From a virus: a DNA stretch of 64,000 nucleotides. Numbering within the stretch: position 1 is the stretch's first letter; each line of letters opens with the position of its first letter. The DNA is taken from positions 91,160 through 155,159 of IMG/VR virus record IMGVR_UViG_3300032242_000550; one strand, 5' to 3'. A program made the translations under genes and the position numbers. The notes below the pieces were generated by a model that was given only the letters and a program-made list of their open reading frames with translations, ran no database searches and was not told where the DNA came from. This document shows positions 36,621 through 47,182 of the stretch, in pieces.

Positions 36621-39600
36621 ATGGCAATTACAAAGTTACAACCGTTCAATTTAGATGCAACCGCTAATTATACCTTTGCCAATGTAACCGCAGGTAATGT
36701 TAATGGTGCTAATTTGGTCAGTGCCAACTATGTTACAGGTACATTAACAACAGCTACACAGCCTAATATTACTAGCACAGGTACATTAGTCAATCTAACT
36801 GTTTCTGGCAATACAGCCTTTAGTGGAGCTAATGTAACTTTAGGTAGTGTTTCTAATCTACATATTACAGGCGGATCTAGCGGATATGTACTACAAACAG
36901 ATGGTACGGGAAATCTAACTTGGGCAGCATCAACCGGTGGTGGTAGTAATATCAGTAACGGAAATAGTAATGTTAGTATTCCTGCAGCCAATGGAAATAT
37001 AAATTTAACCAGTACGGGTAATACTACAATGATAGTAACTGGTACTGGTGTTAATGTATCTGGTACAATGAATGTTACAGGTACTGCTACAGTTGGTAAT
37101 TTGGTTACTAGTGGTTCTGGTGGCACACTATCTAATATCAACGTTGTTTCTGCCAATACATTCACCGCAAGTGGTAACATAACTGCAGGTAATGCTAATT
37201 TAGGTAACAGTGTAACTGCTAATTACTTTACTGGTAACTTCTATGGAACTGCTAACTTGGCTACATATGCAACTACAGCTAATAGTGTTGCTGGTGCTAA
37301 TGTTTCTGGACAAGTAAGTAATAGTTTAATTGCAGGTACTGTATATACTGCGGCACAGCCAAACATAACTAGTGTAGGTACATTAAGTTCACTTGCAGTA
37401 ACAGCTAATATTACAGCTGGTAATGCTAATTTAGGTAATAATGTAACTGCTAATTACTTTACTGGTAATGGTGTATATTTAACTGGTATTACAACATCGG
37501 GATTATCAAATGGCAATAGTAATGTAAGTATCCCAAGTGCTAATGGAAACGTAAACATCAGCGCAGTGGGTAATGCTAATATATTAGTAGTTACTGGTAC
37601 AGGTGCAAATATTACGGGTACATTAAATGTTTCAGGTACAGCTACTGTTGGTAATTTAGTTGCAGGTGGTTCTGGTGGTAATATCAGTAATGCAAACGTT
37701 ATAAGTGCAAATACATTTATAGCTACTGGCAATATCACAGCTGGTAACTTTGTAACAAGTGGTTCAGGCGGTAATATTAGCGGCGGTAATGTTATTAGTG
37801 CTAATACATTTACTGCAACAGGTAACATCACTGCAGGTAATGCTAATTTGGGTAATAGCGTAACTGCTAATTACTTTACTGGCAACTTCTATGGAACGGC
37901 TAATACAGCTACAACTGCAGGTACAGTAACAACAGCCGCACAGCCTAATATTACAAGTGTTGGTACATTAACTGGATTAACAAGTACAGGTATTGCTAAT
38001 TTAATTGGTGCAAGTAATGTAGCATTAGGTCCTGTTGCTAACGTACATATTACAGGTGGTACTAGTGGTCAATATCTATCTACTGATGGATCAGGAACTC
38101 TATCATGGTCTACTGTAGCCGGTGGTGGCGGAAGTAATATTAGTAATGGAAATAGTAACGTAAATATACCAAGTGCTAATGGTAATGTTAACATCAGCGC
38201 AGTTGGTAATGCTAATGTATTGGTTGTTACTGGTACTGGAGCTAATATTACCGGTACTGCTAATATCACTGGTAATGTTATTGCTAATAACTTTATTGCA
38301 GGTTCAGGATCTGGTGGTAACATCAGTAATGCAAACGTTATAAGTGCAAATACATTTACTGCCAGTGGTAATATCACAGCTGGCAACTTATTGGGTCCAT
38401 TAGCTAATGGTAATAGTAACGTAAATATTCCATCAGCTAATGGTAATATTAATTTAACAAGTGTTGGAAATACAACATTAGTTGTAACTGGAACAGGTAT
38501 AAATGTGTCCGGTACATTAAATGCTACTGGTAATGCTAATGCAGGTAATATAGGTGCTACGGGTGGCTATTTCACAACAATAGCCGGCACATTAACTACT
38601 AATGCTCAACCAAATATAACTAGTACAGGTACATTAACAAGTATAACAGTGTCTGGTACAAGTAATTTAGGTGCAGTGGGTAATATTACAATAACCGGCG
38701 GATCTAGTGGTCAATATCTATCTACAAACGGTGCAGGTGGACTAAGTTGGGCTACATCAGCTGGTGGTGGTAGTAATATTAGTAATGGTAATAGTAATGT
38801 AAATATACCGGCTGCGAACGGTAACGTAAACATTAGTGCAGTGGGTAATGCAAACGTTGTTGTGGTAACTGGTACAGGTGTTAACATTGCAGGTACATTA
38901 AATGCTACAGGTAACGCAGTTGTAGGTAACTTAGTAAGTACTGGATCTGGTGGTAATATTACCAACGTTAACGTAGTATCAGCTAATACATTTACCGCAT
39001 CCGGTAACATCACTGCAAATAATATTGCTACAACTGGATCTGGTGGTAATATCAGTAATGCAAACGTTATAAGTGCAAATACATTTATTGCTAGTGCTAA
39101 CATTACTGCAGCCAATTTAATTGGACCTCTAGCAAATGGTAATAGTAATGTTAACATCGCTACAGCTAATGGAAATGTAACTATAACTAGTGTTGGTAAT
39201 ACTACAATGACAATCACTGGTACTGGTGCAAACATCAGTGGTACAGCTAACATCACTGGAAACCTAATAGCAGCCAATCTAATTGGACCACACGCAAATG
39301 GTAATAGTAACGTAAATATTCCATCAGCTAATGGTAACATAAACTTAACCGCTGTTGGCAATACAACATTAGTAATTACAGGTACTGGTGCAAACATCAC
39401 AGGTACTGCAAATATTACAGGTAATTTGGTTGCCGCTAATGCTAATTTAGGTAATTTAGTTACTGCAAACTTCTTTAGTGGTAACGGCAGTTTATTAACC
39501 GGACTATCTACATCCGGACTAGCAAATGGTAATAGTAATATCAGTATTCCGAGTAGTAACGGTAATGTTAATATATCTAGTGCAGGTAATGCCAATATTA

Positions 39601-41084
39601 TAGTTGTTACTGGAACTGGTGCAAATATCACTGGTACATTAAATGTATCAGGTAATGCTACTGTTGGTAACTTAATCACTTCTGGTTCAGGTGGTAATGT
39701 AAGTAACGTTAACGTTATATCAGCTAATACATTTATAGCCAGTGGTAACATAACTGCTGTAAACGTTAATACAACTGGTTCTGGTGGTAATATTGGTAAT
39801 GCCAACGTTATATCAGCAAATACATTTATAGCTACTGGTAATATCACTGGTGGTAACTTAATTGGACCGCATGCAAATGGTAATAGTAATGTTAACATAC
39901 CAACTGCTAATGGCAATATCAATTTAACAAGTGCTGGTAATACAACATTAGTTATTACAGGTACTGGTGCAAATATCACCGGTACTGCAAATATATCCGG
40001 AAACGCAAACGTAGGTAACATTGGTGCAGCCGCAGGTGTATTTACTACAGTAGCCGGTTCATTAACAACTGCATCACAGCCAAACATCACAAGTACAGGT
40101 ACATTAACAAGTATTACTACTTCAGGAAATTTAACATTTACAGGAAGTGCTACTAAAATTCGCGGAGATTTTGGTAATGCCAATACTGCAGCAAGAACTG
40201 TTTTCCAAACAACTGGCACTAATGAAAATACAGCAATAATTGCTCTACCTAATGGCACAGCAGTTTCTTCGGCTTTAAGGGCTTATAACAGTAGTGATAT
40301 TGGAAATGCTGCTATTAGCGATCTTACAATTGATGGTGCTAACACTTACCTTAGATCATTTACGAGTGGTACTGGAACTTATTTACCAATCGCCATACAA
40401 ACTGGAGGTGCTACCCGTGTGTTTGCAGATATTAACGGTAATGTAGGAATAGCAAATACTTCTCCAACACATACTCTATCTGTTACTGGTACAACTAATA
40501 TTAGCGGTAATATAACAGCCGGTAATGCCAACTTAGGTAATTTAGTTACTGCAAACTTCTTTAGTGGTAATGGTAGTTTATTAACTGGAATAGCTACATC
40601 CGGTGTATCAAATGGAAATAGTAATGTAAGTATACCAAGTGCCAATGGTAATGTTAATATTACTGCAACAGGTAATACTACATTAGTTGTTACTGGCACA
40701 GGTGCAAATATCACTGGTACATTGAATGTTACAGGTACTACTACAGTTGGCAATTTAGTTGCAGCTGGTTCGGGTGGTAACATTAGTAATGCTAATGTTA
40801 TTAGTGCAAATACAATAATAGCGATTGGTAATATCACAGCTGGCAACTTTGTAACAAGCGGTTCAGGTGGTAATATTAGTGGTGGTAATGTTATTAGTGC
40901 TAATACGTTTACCGCAACTGGCAATATCACTGGTGGTAACTTAATTACTACTGGTGTAGCTAATATAACAGGCAATGTTAATATAGGTAATGCAAATGCA
41001 GTAACTTGGGCCAATGCATCAGGTGTAAGAGCATATGTTTATTATAACAACTCTGCTAGCAGTTTAGATACGGTGTTCATATAA
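36621..41084 (+). CDS. Long tail-fibre-like structural protein 4
   Basis: About ten NGNSN(V/I) modules, ANFFSGNGSLLTG repeats and a GNVGIANTSPTHTLSVTG fibre motif. Confidence 0.75.
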   Translation: MAITKLQPFNLDATANYTFANVTAGNVNGANLVSANYVTGTLTTATQPNITSTGTLVNLTVSGNTAFSGANVTLGSVSNLHITGGSSGYVLQTDGTGNLTWAASTGGGSNISNGNSNVSIPAANGNINLTSTGNTTMIVTGTGVNVSGTMNVTGTATVGNLVTSGSGGTLSNINVVSANTFTASGNITAGNANLGNSVTANYFTGNFYGTANLATYATTANSVAGANVSGQVSNSLIAGTVYTAAQPNITSVGTLSSLAVTANITAGNANLGNNVTANYFTGNGVYLTGITTSGLSNGNSNVSIPSANGNVNISAVGNANILVVTGTGANITGTLNVSGTATVGNLVAGGSGGNISNANVISANTFIATGNITAGNFVTSGSGGNISGGNVISANTFTATGNITAGNANLGNSVTANYFTGNFYGTANTATTAGTVTTAAQPNITSVGTLTGLTSTGIANLIGASNVALGPVANVHITGGTSGQYLSTDGSGTLSWSTVAGGGGSNISNGNSNVNIPSANGNVNISAVGNANVLVVTGTGANITGTANITGNVIANNFIAGSGSGGNISNANVISANTFTASGNITAGNLLGPLANGNSNVNIPSANGNINLTSVGNTTLVVTGTGINVSGTLNATGNANAGNIGATGGYFTTIAGTLTTNAQPNITSTGTLTSITVSGTSNLGAVGNITITGGSSGQYLSTNGAGGLSWATSAGGGSNISNGNSNVNIPAANGNVNISAVGNANVVVVTGTGVNIAGTLNATGNAVVGNLVSTGSGGNITNVNVVSANTFTASGNITANNIATTGSGGNISNANVISANTFIASANITAANLIGPLANGNSNVNIATANGNVTITSVGNTTMTITGTGANISGTANITGNLIAANLIGPHANGNSNVNIPSANGNINLTAVGNTTLVITGTGANITGTANITGNLVAANANLGNLVTANFFSGNGSLLTGLSTSGLANGNSNISIPSSNGNVNISSAGNANIIVVTGTGANITGTLNVSGNATVGNLITSGSGGNVSNVNVISANTFIASGNITAVNVNTTGSGGNIGNANVISANTFIATGNITGGNLIGPHANGNSNVNIPTANGNINLTSAGNTTLVITGTGANITGTANISGNANVGNIGAAAGVFTTVAGSLTTASQPNITSTGTLTSITTSGNLTFTGSATKIRGDFGNANTAARTVFQTTGTNENTAIIALPNGTAVSSALRAYNSSDIGNAAISDLTIDGANTYLRSFTSGTGTYLPIAIQTGGATRVFADINGNVGIANTSPTHTLSVTGTTNISGNITAGNANLGNLVTANFFSGNGSLLTGIATSGVSNGNSNVSIPSANGNVNITATGNTTLVVTGTGANITGTLNVTGTTTVGNLVAAGSGGNISNANVISANTIIAIGNITAGNFVTSGSGGNISGGNVISANTFTATGNITGGNLITTGVANITGNVNIGNANAVTWANASGVRAYVYYNNSASSLDTVFI

Positions 41085-41085
41085 A

Positions 41086-41964
41086 ATGCCAATAGCAACT
41101 AGACTCACCAATTCTGGAACATTATTGGTCAACGGTACGTTTGATGAAAATACCAGTATTTCCCCGTCTAAATTTCGCACAACATCAACTACAGTTTATG
41201 CTGGATCACTTGATGAAGTTACAATTAGTGGTGGTAGTGTAGCAAAACGTGAAGTTAGTGATGGTACATTACAAGTTAAAAATATATTTGATGAGTTTAC
41301 TGGCGCACCTGTTGTAGATTCAAGTTTACAACTTTGGTTAGATGCTGGGCAAAGTGCAAGTTATAGTGGTTCAGGATCAACTTGGACCGATTTAAGTGGT
41401 AATGGTAAAAATGGTACATTATCAAATAGTCCAACTTACAGTAGTGTAACTGGTGGCGGAGTATTGACATTTAACGGTTCTAATCAATATGTCACAATGG
41501 CAGGATTAGCATCTTCTGCTTTTACCAGTGTAACATTAAATATATGGGTAAAAGCTAGTAGTATTGCTAGTGCTGGTAGTTTAATAAGCAAAGATTTATG
41601 TTACAAATATAGAATAAACAGTGATGGAACTATTGGATTATTACTTAGTAGTAATGGAACATCTTATACTATTAATACTACCTTTACTAGTTATACCTAT
41701 ACAGTTGGAACTTGGGTTAATATTGCATTATCTGTTAGTAGTACAAATGTGCTCGGTTATATAAATGGAGTACAAAAATTCTCAAATGGTAGTGGAATAA
41801 CATTAGGTTCAAATAGTAATGCATTTATGATTGCCTCATACGGTTCTGCAACTAGTGAATTTTTAACAGGTGTTGTAGGTGCTGCAATGGTATATAATCG
41901 TGCATTAACTGCTGATGAGATTACCACTAATTTTAATGCCTTGCGTGGAAGATATGGCGTTTAA
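41086..41964 (+). CDS. LamG/ConA-like lectin-fold protein
   Basis: LQLWLDAG..SYSGSGSTWTDLSGNG.NGTL...TFNGSNQY...YNRALTADEI..NFNALRGRYGV. Confidence 0.8.
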   Translation: MPIATRLTNSGTLLVNGTFDENTSISPSKFRTTSTTVYAGSLDEVTISGGSVAKREVSDGTLQVKNIFDEFTGAPVVDSSLQLWLDAGQSASYSGSGSTWTDLSGNGKNGTLSNSPTYSSVTGGGVLTFNGSNQYVTMAGLASSAFTSVTLNIWVKASSIASAGSLISKDLCYKYRINSDGTIGLLLSSNGTSYTINTTFTSYTYTVGTWVNIALSVSSTNVLGYINGVQKFSNGSGITLGSNSNAFMIASYGSATSEFLTGVVGAAMVYNRALTADEITTNFNALRGRYGV

Positions 41965-41984
41965 AGAAAGATAAATACAATACT

Positions 41985-44900
41985 ATGGCAAAACTAAATT
42001 CAGGAACACGAATATACGGCACAGCAACGATTGACTCTGCCTTATCACTTGGAGGAACACTTAATACCTTGACCATAGGTTTAGGTGGTGGTAGTGCTTC
42101 AACAAATACTGCACTTGGTGTTAGTGCTTTAAATGCTAATACAACAGGAATACAAAATACTGGTATTGGCTATCAAGCATTGATTCTTGGTACAGGTGAT
42201 GCTAATACAGGTGTAGGTTCGTCTGCACTAGCCGCTACTACATCCGGTTCTAATAACACGGCACTTGGAGCAAGGGCACTGTACACAAATTCAACCGGCG
42301 CTCAGAACACTGCAGTTGGTCGTTTGTCAATGTATCTAAGTACTACAGGTCAAGACAACACAGCTATTGGTTACTACTCGTTGGGCGCAAACACAACTGG
42401 TTCATACAACACTGCATTAGGTGACTCTGCTCTTTACAGCAACACTACCGCCTCTAACAATACGGCAGTAGGCTATCAAGCAGGTTACAGCAACACCACA
42501 TCATCAAGCATTACAGCAATCGGCTACAGCGCACTGTATAACAATACAACAGCAAATAATACTGCGGTTGGACATCAAGCTCTGTACACAAATGCAGGTG
42601 GTCAAAGCAATGTGGGTATGGGTGTTAATACCCTTTACGCCAATACTTCCGGCTCTTACAACACCGCAATTGGCGATACTGCATTACGATTTAATACTAC
42701 AGCATCAAACAACACTGCAGTTGGCTATCAGGCTGGATACACAAATACAACCGGTGCGTCTAGCGTGTTTGTTGGCACCGGTGCAGGTTATACGTTTAAT
42801 AACGCATTAACAAACTACGGTGATTTGTATATTGGTTTTCATGCTGGATACAACACATCTACTGGTCACGACAATGCATTTGTTGGGGGAAACTCAGGTG
42901 CGGCAAATACAACTGGTTCTTACAACGCTTCAGTAGGTGCCGGTTCACTCTTTAGTAATACAACCGGCTCATACCTTGTTGCTATGGGTTACTTAGCGGC
43001 TTCCGGTAATACTACTGGAACAGACAACATTGCAATTGGCCGTCAAACATTACAAAGTGTTGGTTCAGGAAGTAGCAACGTAGGTATTGGTACTTATGCA
43101 CTTCAAGCTAATACAGCATCCAACAACACTGCTGTAGGTTATCAGGCGGGGTATAGCAACACGACTGGCGGCATTGTTGCTTTAGGCTACCAAGCTCTGT
43201 ACAGCAATACAACTGGTGCAAACAACGTTGGTTTGGGCTATGCGCCTTTGTATAACAATTCAACAGGTGGCAATAATACTGCTATTGGCTTTTACGCCCT
43301 ATTAAACAACACCACAGCATCTAACAACACGGCTGTAGGATATCAAACGCTTTATACAAATACTGGCGGCAATTCCACAGCCGTTGGTTACCAAGCATTA
43401 AAAGCAAACACTTCGGGTGGTTCAGACGCTTTTGGTTATCAAGCACTTACTGCTAACACAACAGGTGTATCCAACAATGCTTTTGGATTGTTAACTTTGG
43501 CATCCAACACAACAGGTTCGTACAACACTGCTTTTGGTCAACAGGCGCTTATCAATAACACCACAGCATCTAACAACACCGCTGTAGGTTATCAGGCGGG
43601 GTATAGCAACACTACTGGTGCAAGCGGTACATTTATTGGTTATCAGGCCGGATACCAAACAACTGGAGGTGGCAATACTTTCTTTGGTGTTTCCTCTGGT
43701 TACAACGTAACATCAGGCGGCTCAAATACATATATTGGAAATTCTGCTGGCCCAAATAGTGGCAACGCATCAACAGGAAATTACAACACTGGGATTGGGA
43801 CTGGCGCTCTGACCTCTAACACTACAGCATCAGGAAATACTGCCGTAGGTAGAGAGGCGGCATACAGCAACACAACTGGCGTTTATTTGGTTGCAATGGG
43901 CTATCAGGCGGCTCGTTCAAACACTACAGGTAACGGAACAACCGCATTTGGTTATGGCGCTTTGTATGCCAACACAACTGCTAACGACAACAGTGCTTTT
44001 GGTATTAATGCTTTAACAGCCAGTACAGGCGCTCAAAACACTGGTATTGGAAGCAGTGCTTTAACTTCAAACACCACAGGTTCTAATAACACTGCATTAG
44101 GTCGTTCGGCTGGATCAGGAATTACTACTGGTGATAGAAACACCACTCTCGGTACAAGAACTGCACTTGGAACTCTTACAGGTGTTGACAACGTAGCGGT
44201 TGGATTTGAGGCATTGTCAAACGACACTAGTGGTAGTTGGAACGTAGCTGTTGGTTCTGGTATATCAGGATCAACAGCTTCCGCTCTTGGTAACAATACA
44301 TCTGGTTCATATAACACTGCGCTTGGAACATCGGCACTTGCAAATAACTCAACATCCTCATACAGCACAGCGGTTGGTCACAGGGCTTTGAATTCTAGTA
44401 ATGCTCGCAACACGTCTTATGGCGCATTTTCTGGATACCAAACCACATCTGGTTCAAACAATACGTTTATTGGTGATTCAACAGCCACAGACAATACGAC
44501 TGGTTCATACAACACGGCTGTTGGCGACTCTGCTTTAAACAAAAACACCACAGCATCTAACAACACTGCTGTAGGTTATCAGGCACTTTATAGCCAAACA
44601 ACGGGTGCTTCATATTCGCGAAATGTTGCTGTTGGTTATAAAGCAGGATATTCAAATAACGCTGATTTTGGAACATTTGTTGGTTTTGGTGCGGGCCAAA
44701 ACACAACTGGTAGTGCAAATACGCTTGTTGGTTATGCCGCAGGAATTTCATTAACAACTGGGTACAACAATACATTTATTGGAGCAAGAGCAGACTCTAC
44801 TGGGGCGGGTGATGTTGTAACTACTGGTTCAAAAAACACTATCATTGGCCCATTCAATGGCAACTCAGGTGGCCTAGACATTCGCACAGCAAGCAATTAC

Positions 44901-45236
44901 ACCGTATTGAGTGACGGTGATGGTCAAATAAATGTTGCGTATCAAACTGTTTACAACTCAAACGTTGGTCCAACTACACTGACAATTACTATCCCATCCG
45001 GAACAGCGGGAGTACTACACATTACTGCTGTTCAAGGCGGTGTCGGAACTTCATATACACAAGTTCCTTTTGCAAAATCTTCTGGTGGTACAATTACTAT
45101 TGGCACCGCAATAAGCACCGTAGTGACTGCTAACCCAATTGGAGCAATTTCAACTTCTAGTGGAAATATCACAATAGTTATAACTTATGCAAACACAAAT
45201 GCGGATACATATTTGCAATTCTTCCCAGTATATTAA
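41985..45236 (+). CDS. Beta-solenoid fibre/adhesin with ~14-aa NTAVGYQAL repeats (YadA-head-like)
   Basis: Dozens of N-T-A-(V/I/L)-G-x-x-A-(L/G)-x-x-N-T-T repeats; GATAAATA at 41970-41977. Confidence 0.75.
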   Translation: MAKLNSGTRIYGTATIDSALSLGGTLNTLTIGLGGGSASTNTALGVSALNANTTGIQNTGIGYQALILGTGDANTGVGSSALAATTSGSNNTALGARALYTNSTGAQNTAVGRLSMYLSTTGQDNTAIGYYSLGANTTGSYNTALGDSALYSNTTASNNTAVGYQAGYSNTTSSSITAIGYSALYNNTTANNTAVGHQALYTNAGGQSNVGMGVNTLYANTSGSYNTAIGDTALRFNTTASNNTAVGYQAGYTNTTGASSVFVGTGAGYTFNNALTNYGDLYIGFHAGYNTSTGHDNAFVGGNSGAANTTGSYNASVGAGSLFSNTTGSYLVAMGYLAASGNTTGTDNIAIGRQTLQSVGSGSSNVGIGTYALQANTASNNTAVGYQAGYSNTTGGIVALGYQALYSNTTGANNVGLGYAPLYNNSTGGNNTAIGFYALLNNTTASNNTAVGYQTLYTNTGGNSTAVGYQALKANTSGGSDAFGYQALTANTTGVSNNAFGLLTLASNTTGSYNTAFGQQALINNTTASNNTAVGYQAGYSNTTGASGTFIGYQAGYQTTGGGNTFFGVSSGYNVTSGGSNTYIGNSAGPNSGNASTGNYNTGIGTGALTSNTTASGNTAVGREAAYSNTTGVYLVAMGYQAARSNTTGNGTTAFGYGALYANTTANDNSAFGINALTASTGAQNTGIGSSALTSNTTGSNNTALGRSAGSGITTGDRNTTLGTRTALGTLTGVDNVAVGFEALSNDTSGSWNVAVGSGISGSTASALGNNTSGSYNTALGTSALANNSTSSYSTAVGHRALNSSNARNTSYGAFSGYQTTSGSNNTFIGDSTATDNTTGSYNTAVGDSALNKNTTASNNTAVGYQALYSQTTGASYSRNVAVGYKAGYSNNADFGTFVGFGAGQNTTGSANTLVGYAAGISLTTGYNNTFIGARADSTGAGDVVTTGSKNTIIGPFNGNSGGLDIRTASNYTVLSDGDGQINVAYQTVYNSNVGPTTLTITIPSGTAGVLHITAVQGGVGTSYTQVPFAKSSGGTITIGTAISTVVTANPIGAISTSSGNITIVITYANTNADTYLQFFPVY

Positions 45237-45327
45237 TCATGACAACCAAACAAATCTACTCTATTATTGCTATACTTTTTATAACATTTTGGGGTAGCAT
45301 TTTTCACTCACTTTATAAAGGAAAATT

Positions 45328-45642
45328 ATGACAACTTTTACAACAACTATCACACGAATGTACACAGTCCCAAACCCAACCGGTTACGTGGTTAACGTAA
45401 TCTATAAGGTAATAGGAGTTGATGGTACTTATACTGCAGAAATTGACGGTAATACTCAATTCACCCCAACTGAAGGTGAAACTGGATATACACCATACGA
45501 TGAATTGCAACCTGAACAGGTTATCTCTTGGATCCCTGAATCACAAATTGCAAGCGCACAGGCCTGTGTACAAGGACAAATTGACAGCATGATTACACCA
45601 CCGGTCAGTCCACAAAATACACCACTACCTTGGAATAACTAA
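45328..45642 (+). CDS. Small fibre-associated protein ending in PLPW (putative chaperone)
   Basis: AAGGA RBS; TPYDEL..EQVISW...PLPW; directly follows the solenoid fibre gene. Confidence 0.55.
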   Translation: MTTFTTTITRMYTVPNPTGYVVNVIYKVIGVDGTYTAEIDGNTQFTPTEGETGYTPYDELQPEQVISWIPESQIASAQACVQGQIDSMITPPVSPQNTPLPWNN

Positions 45643-45705
45643 AATAACATTTTTTTGAACAATACTATTGTACAATAAATATTGACTATATAAAGGAAAA
45701 ATCTT

Positions 45706-45873
45706 ATGGAAATTACATTAAAACTATCTATTGATGAAGTTAACTTCATTACTGGTGTATTGGGCGATCTGCCTTCTAAAAGTGGTTCTTGGCCTTTAAT
45801 CGTTAAGATTAAAGAACAAGGCGATCCACAATTTTTAGCAAATCAACAATCAAATCAACCACCAGCAAATTAA
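45706..45873 (+). CDS. Small hypothetical protein, 55 aa (not in ORF track)
   Basis: AATAAATA at 45674-45681, AAAGGA RBS; reads MEITLKLSIDEVNFITGVLGDLPSKSGSWPLIVKIKEQ... Confidence 0.6.
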   Translation: MEITLKLSIDEVNFITGVLGDLPSKSGSWPLIVKIKEQGDPQFLANQQSNQPPAN

Positions 45874-45911
45874 TATTTTTGACATAGAGGTATCTATCAC
45901 TAAATATCTCT

Positions 45912-46568
45912 ATGTCAATATTAATAGGAATGCCATGCTATGGCGGAATAGTCTCAGATAAAACAACTAACAGCCTATTTAAACTAGGTAAACAGTTCGT
46001 TAGAAACAATATAGATCACGGTATACTTACATTATCAAACGAAAGTTTAATAAGTCGTGGACGTAGCCGTATCGCTAACTTCTTCATCAACAATACCGAT
46101 TTTGAATATCTATTCTTCTTAGATAGCGATGTTGGATTTGAAGCCGATGATGTACTAAAACTTCTCACTTACAACAAAGAAATGGTATGTGGTGCATACC
46201 CAATGAAAACAATCCCACTAAAATGGAACTTCACAATCACCGAACCAAAACAACGTGAAGGTGATTTGATTGCTATAGATAAAATTGGTATTGGATTCAG
46301 TCTTATACATCGTAACGTGTTTATGCGTATAGCAAAACAATACCCAGAACTTAAATATATACCAACAAACGAAAGCACAACACATAACCCAACTGAAGCT
46401 GAATATAATAACAGCTATCACTACTTCCATGAAATGCGTCAAGGTGAGATATATCTACCAGAAGATTTAAGCTTCTTCACTAGGGCACGTAGTATTGGAA
46501 TGCAAGCTTGGATGGATACTAGTATTAATCTATGTCACGTTGGTAGTCATGTCTTTCAGGAACTATAA
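45912..46568 (+). CDS. Glycosyltransferase, GT-A fold (GT2-like)
   Basis: GMPCYGG, ESLISRGR, YLFFLDSD (DxD), GIGFSLIHR, PEDLSF, LCHVG. Confidence 0.8.
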   Translation: MSILIGMPCYGGIVSDKTTNSLFKLGKQFVRNNIDHGILTLSNESLISRGRSRIANFFINNTDFEYLFFLDSDVGFEADDVLKLLTYNKEMVCGAYPMKTIPLKWNFTITEPKQREGDLIAIDKIGIGFSLIHRNVFMRIAKQYPELKYIPTNESTTHNPTEAEYNNSYHYFHEMRQGEIYLPEDLSFFTRARSIGMQAWMDTSINLCHVGSHVFQEL

Positions 46569-47182
46569 TGAAAACTAATATAGTAATTATTGATGACTTC
46601 TTAGAAGATCCATATCAAATGCGATTAAATGGATTAAATGCTAATTATCCAGAACCAAAAGAACATACCTATCCTGGTAAAAACTCTGATAAATCTTACT
46701 TCACAGAAGAAATGCTAGAAAAGGTTCAAAATCGTTGGGGTGAATATTTAATACCAGCATCTGGTAGCAGTTGCGGATACTTTAGAATCAGTCTAGCTAC
46801 CGATACATTTGAACAAAATATACATATTGATCCAGGTTGGGATGTTGGCGGTGTACTATATCTCAATACACCAAATCAATGTCGTCCAGAATCTGGTACA
46901 CACTTTTACTATCACAACAGATTAGGTATAGAACGTGCACCGGCTACGCCAGAAGAAGGTAAGTTCTTAGGATTTACACAATATGAAGAAATACGTAAAA
47001 ATATAATTTATGGTGATGGTCTTGATAAAAGTTTGTGGACACGTTATGCTTCTAGCCCAATGAAATATAATCGTTTAGTATTATTTGACCCACTATTATG
47101 GCACAGTCACGGTGATAACTTTGGTAACTGTTTAGATAATGGTAGATTGGTTATGTTATTCTTTTTTAATAAAGCAAAATGA
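46568..47182 (+). CDS. 2OG-Fe(II) oxygenase-like protein (DUF6445-like)
   Basis: IIDDFLEDP, YPG, HID (HxD), GVLYLN, GTHFY, YNRLVLF..WHS, distal Arg. Confidence 0.7.
   Translation: MKTNIVIIDDFLEDPYQMRLNGLNANYPEPKEHTYPGKNSDKSYFTEEMLEKVQNRWGEYLIPASGSSCGYFRISLATDTFEQNIHIDPGWDVGGVLYLNTPNQCRPESGTHFYYHNRLGIERAPATPEEGKFLGFTQYEEIRKNIIYGDGLDKSLWTRYASSPMKYNRLVLFDPLLWHSHGDNFGNCLDNGRLVMLFFFNKAK

Noticed and set aside
13380-41014. Many long minus-strand ORFs inside the fibre genes (e.g. 38711-40258, 515 aa; 27891-28532; 13380-14015)
   Set aside because: They are antisense shadows of Gly/Asn/Thr/Val codon repeats (giving Pro/Leu/Val/Thr-rich text), lack RBS or promoters, and overlap clear plus-strand genes
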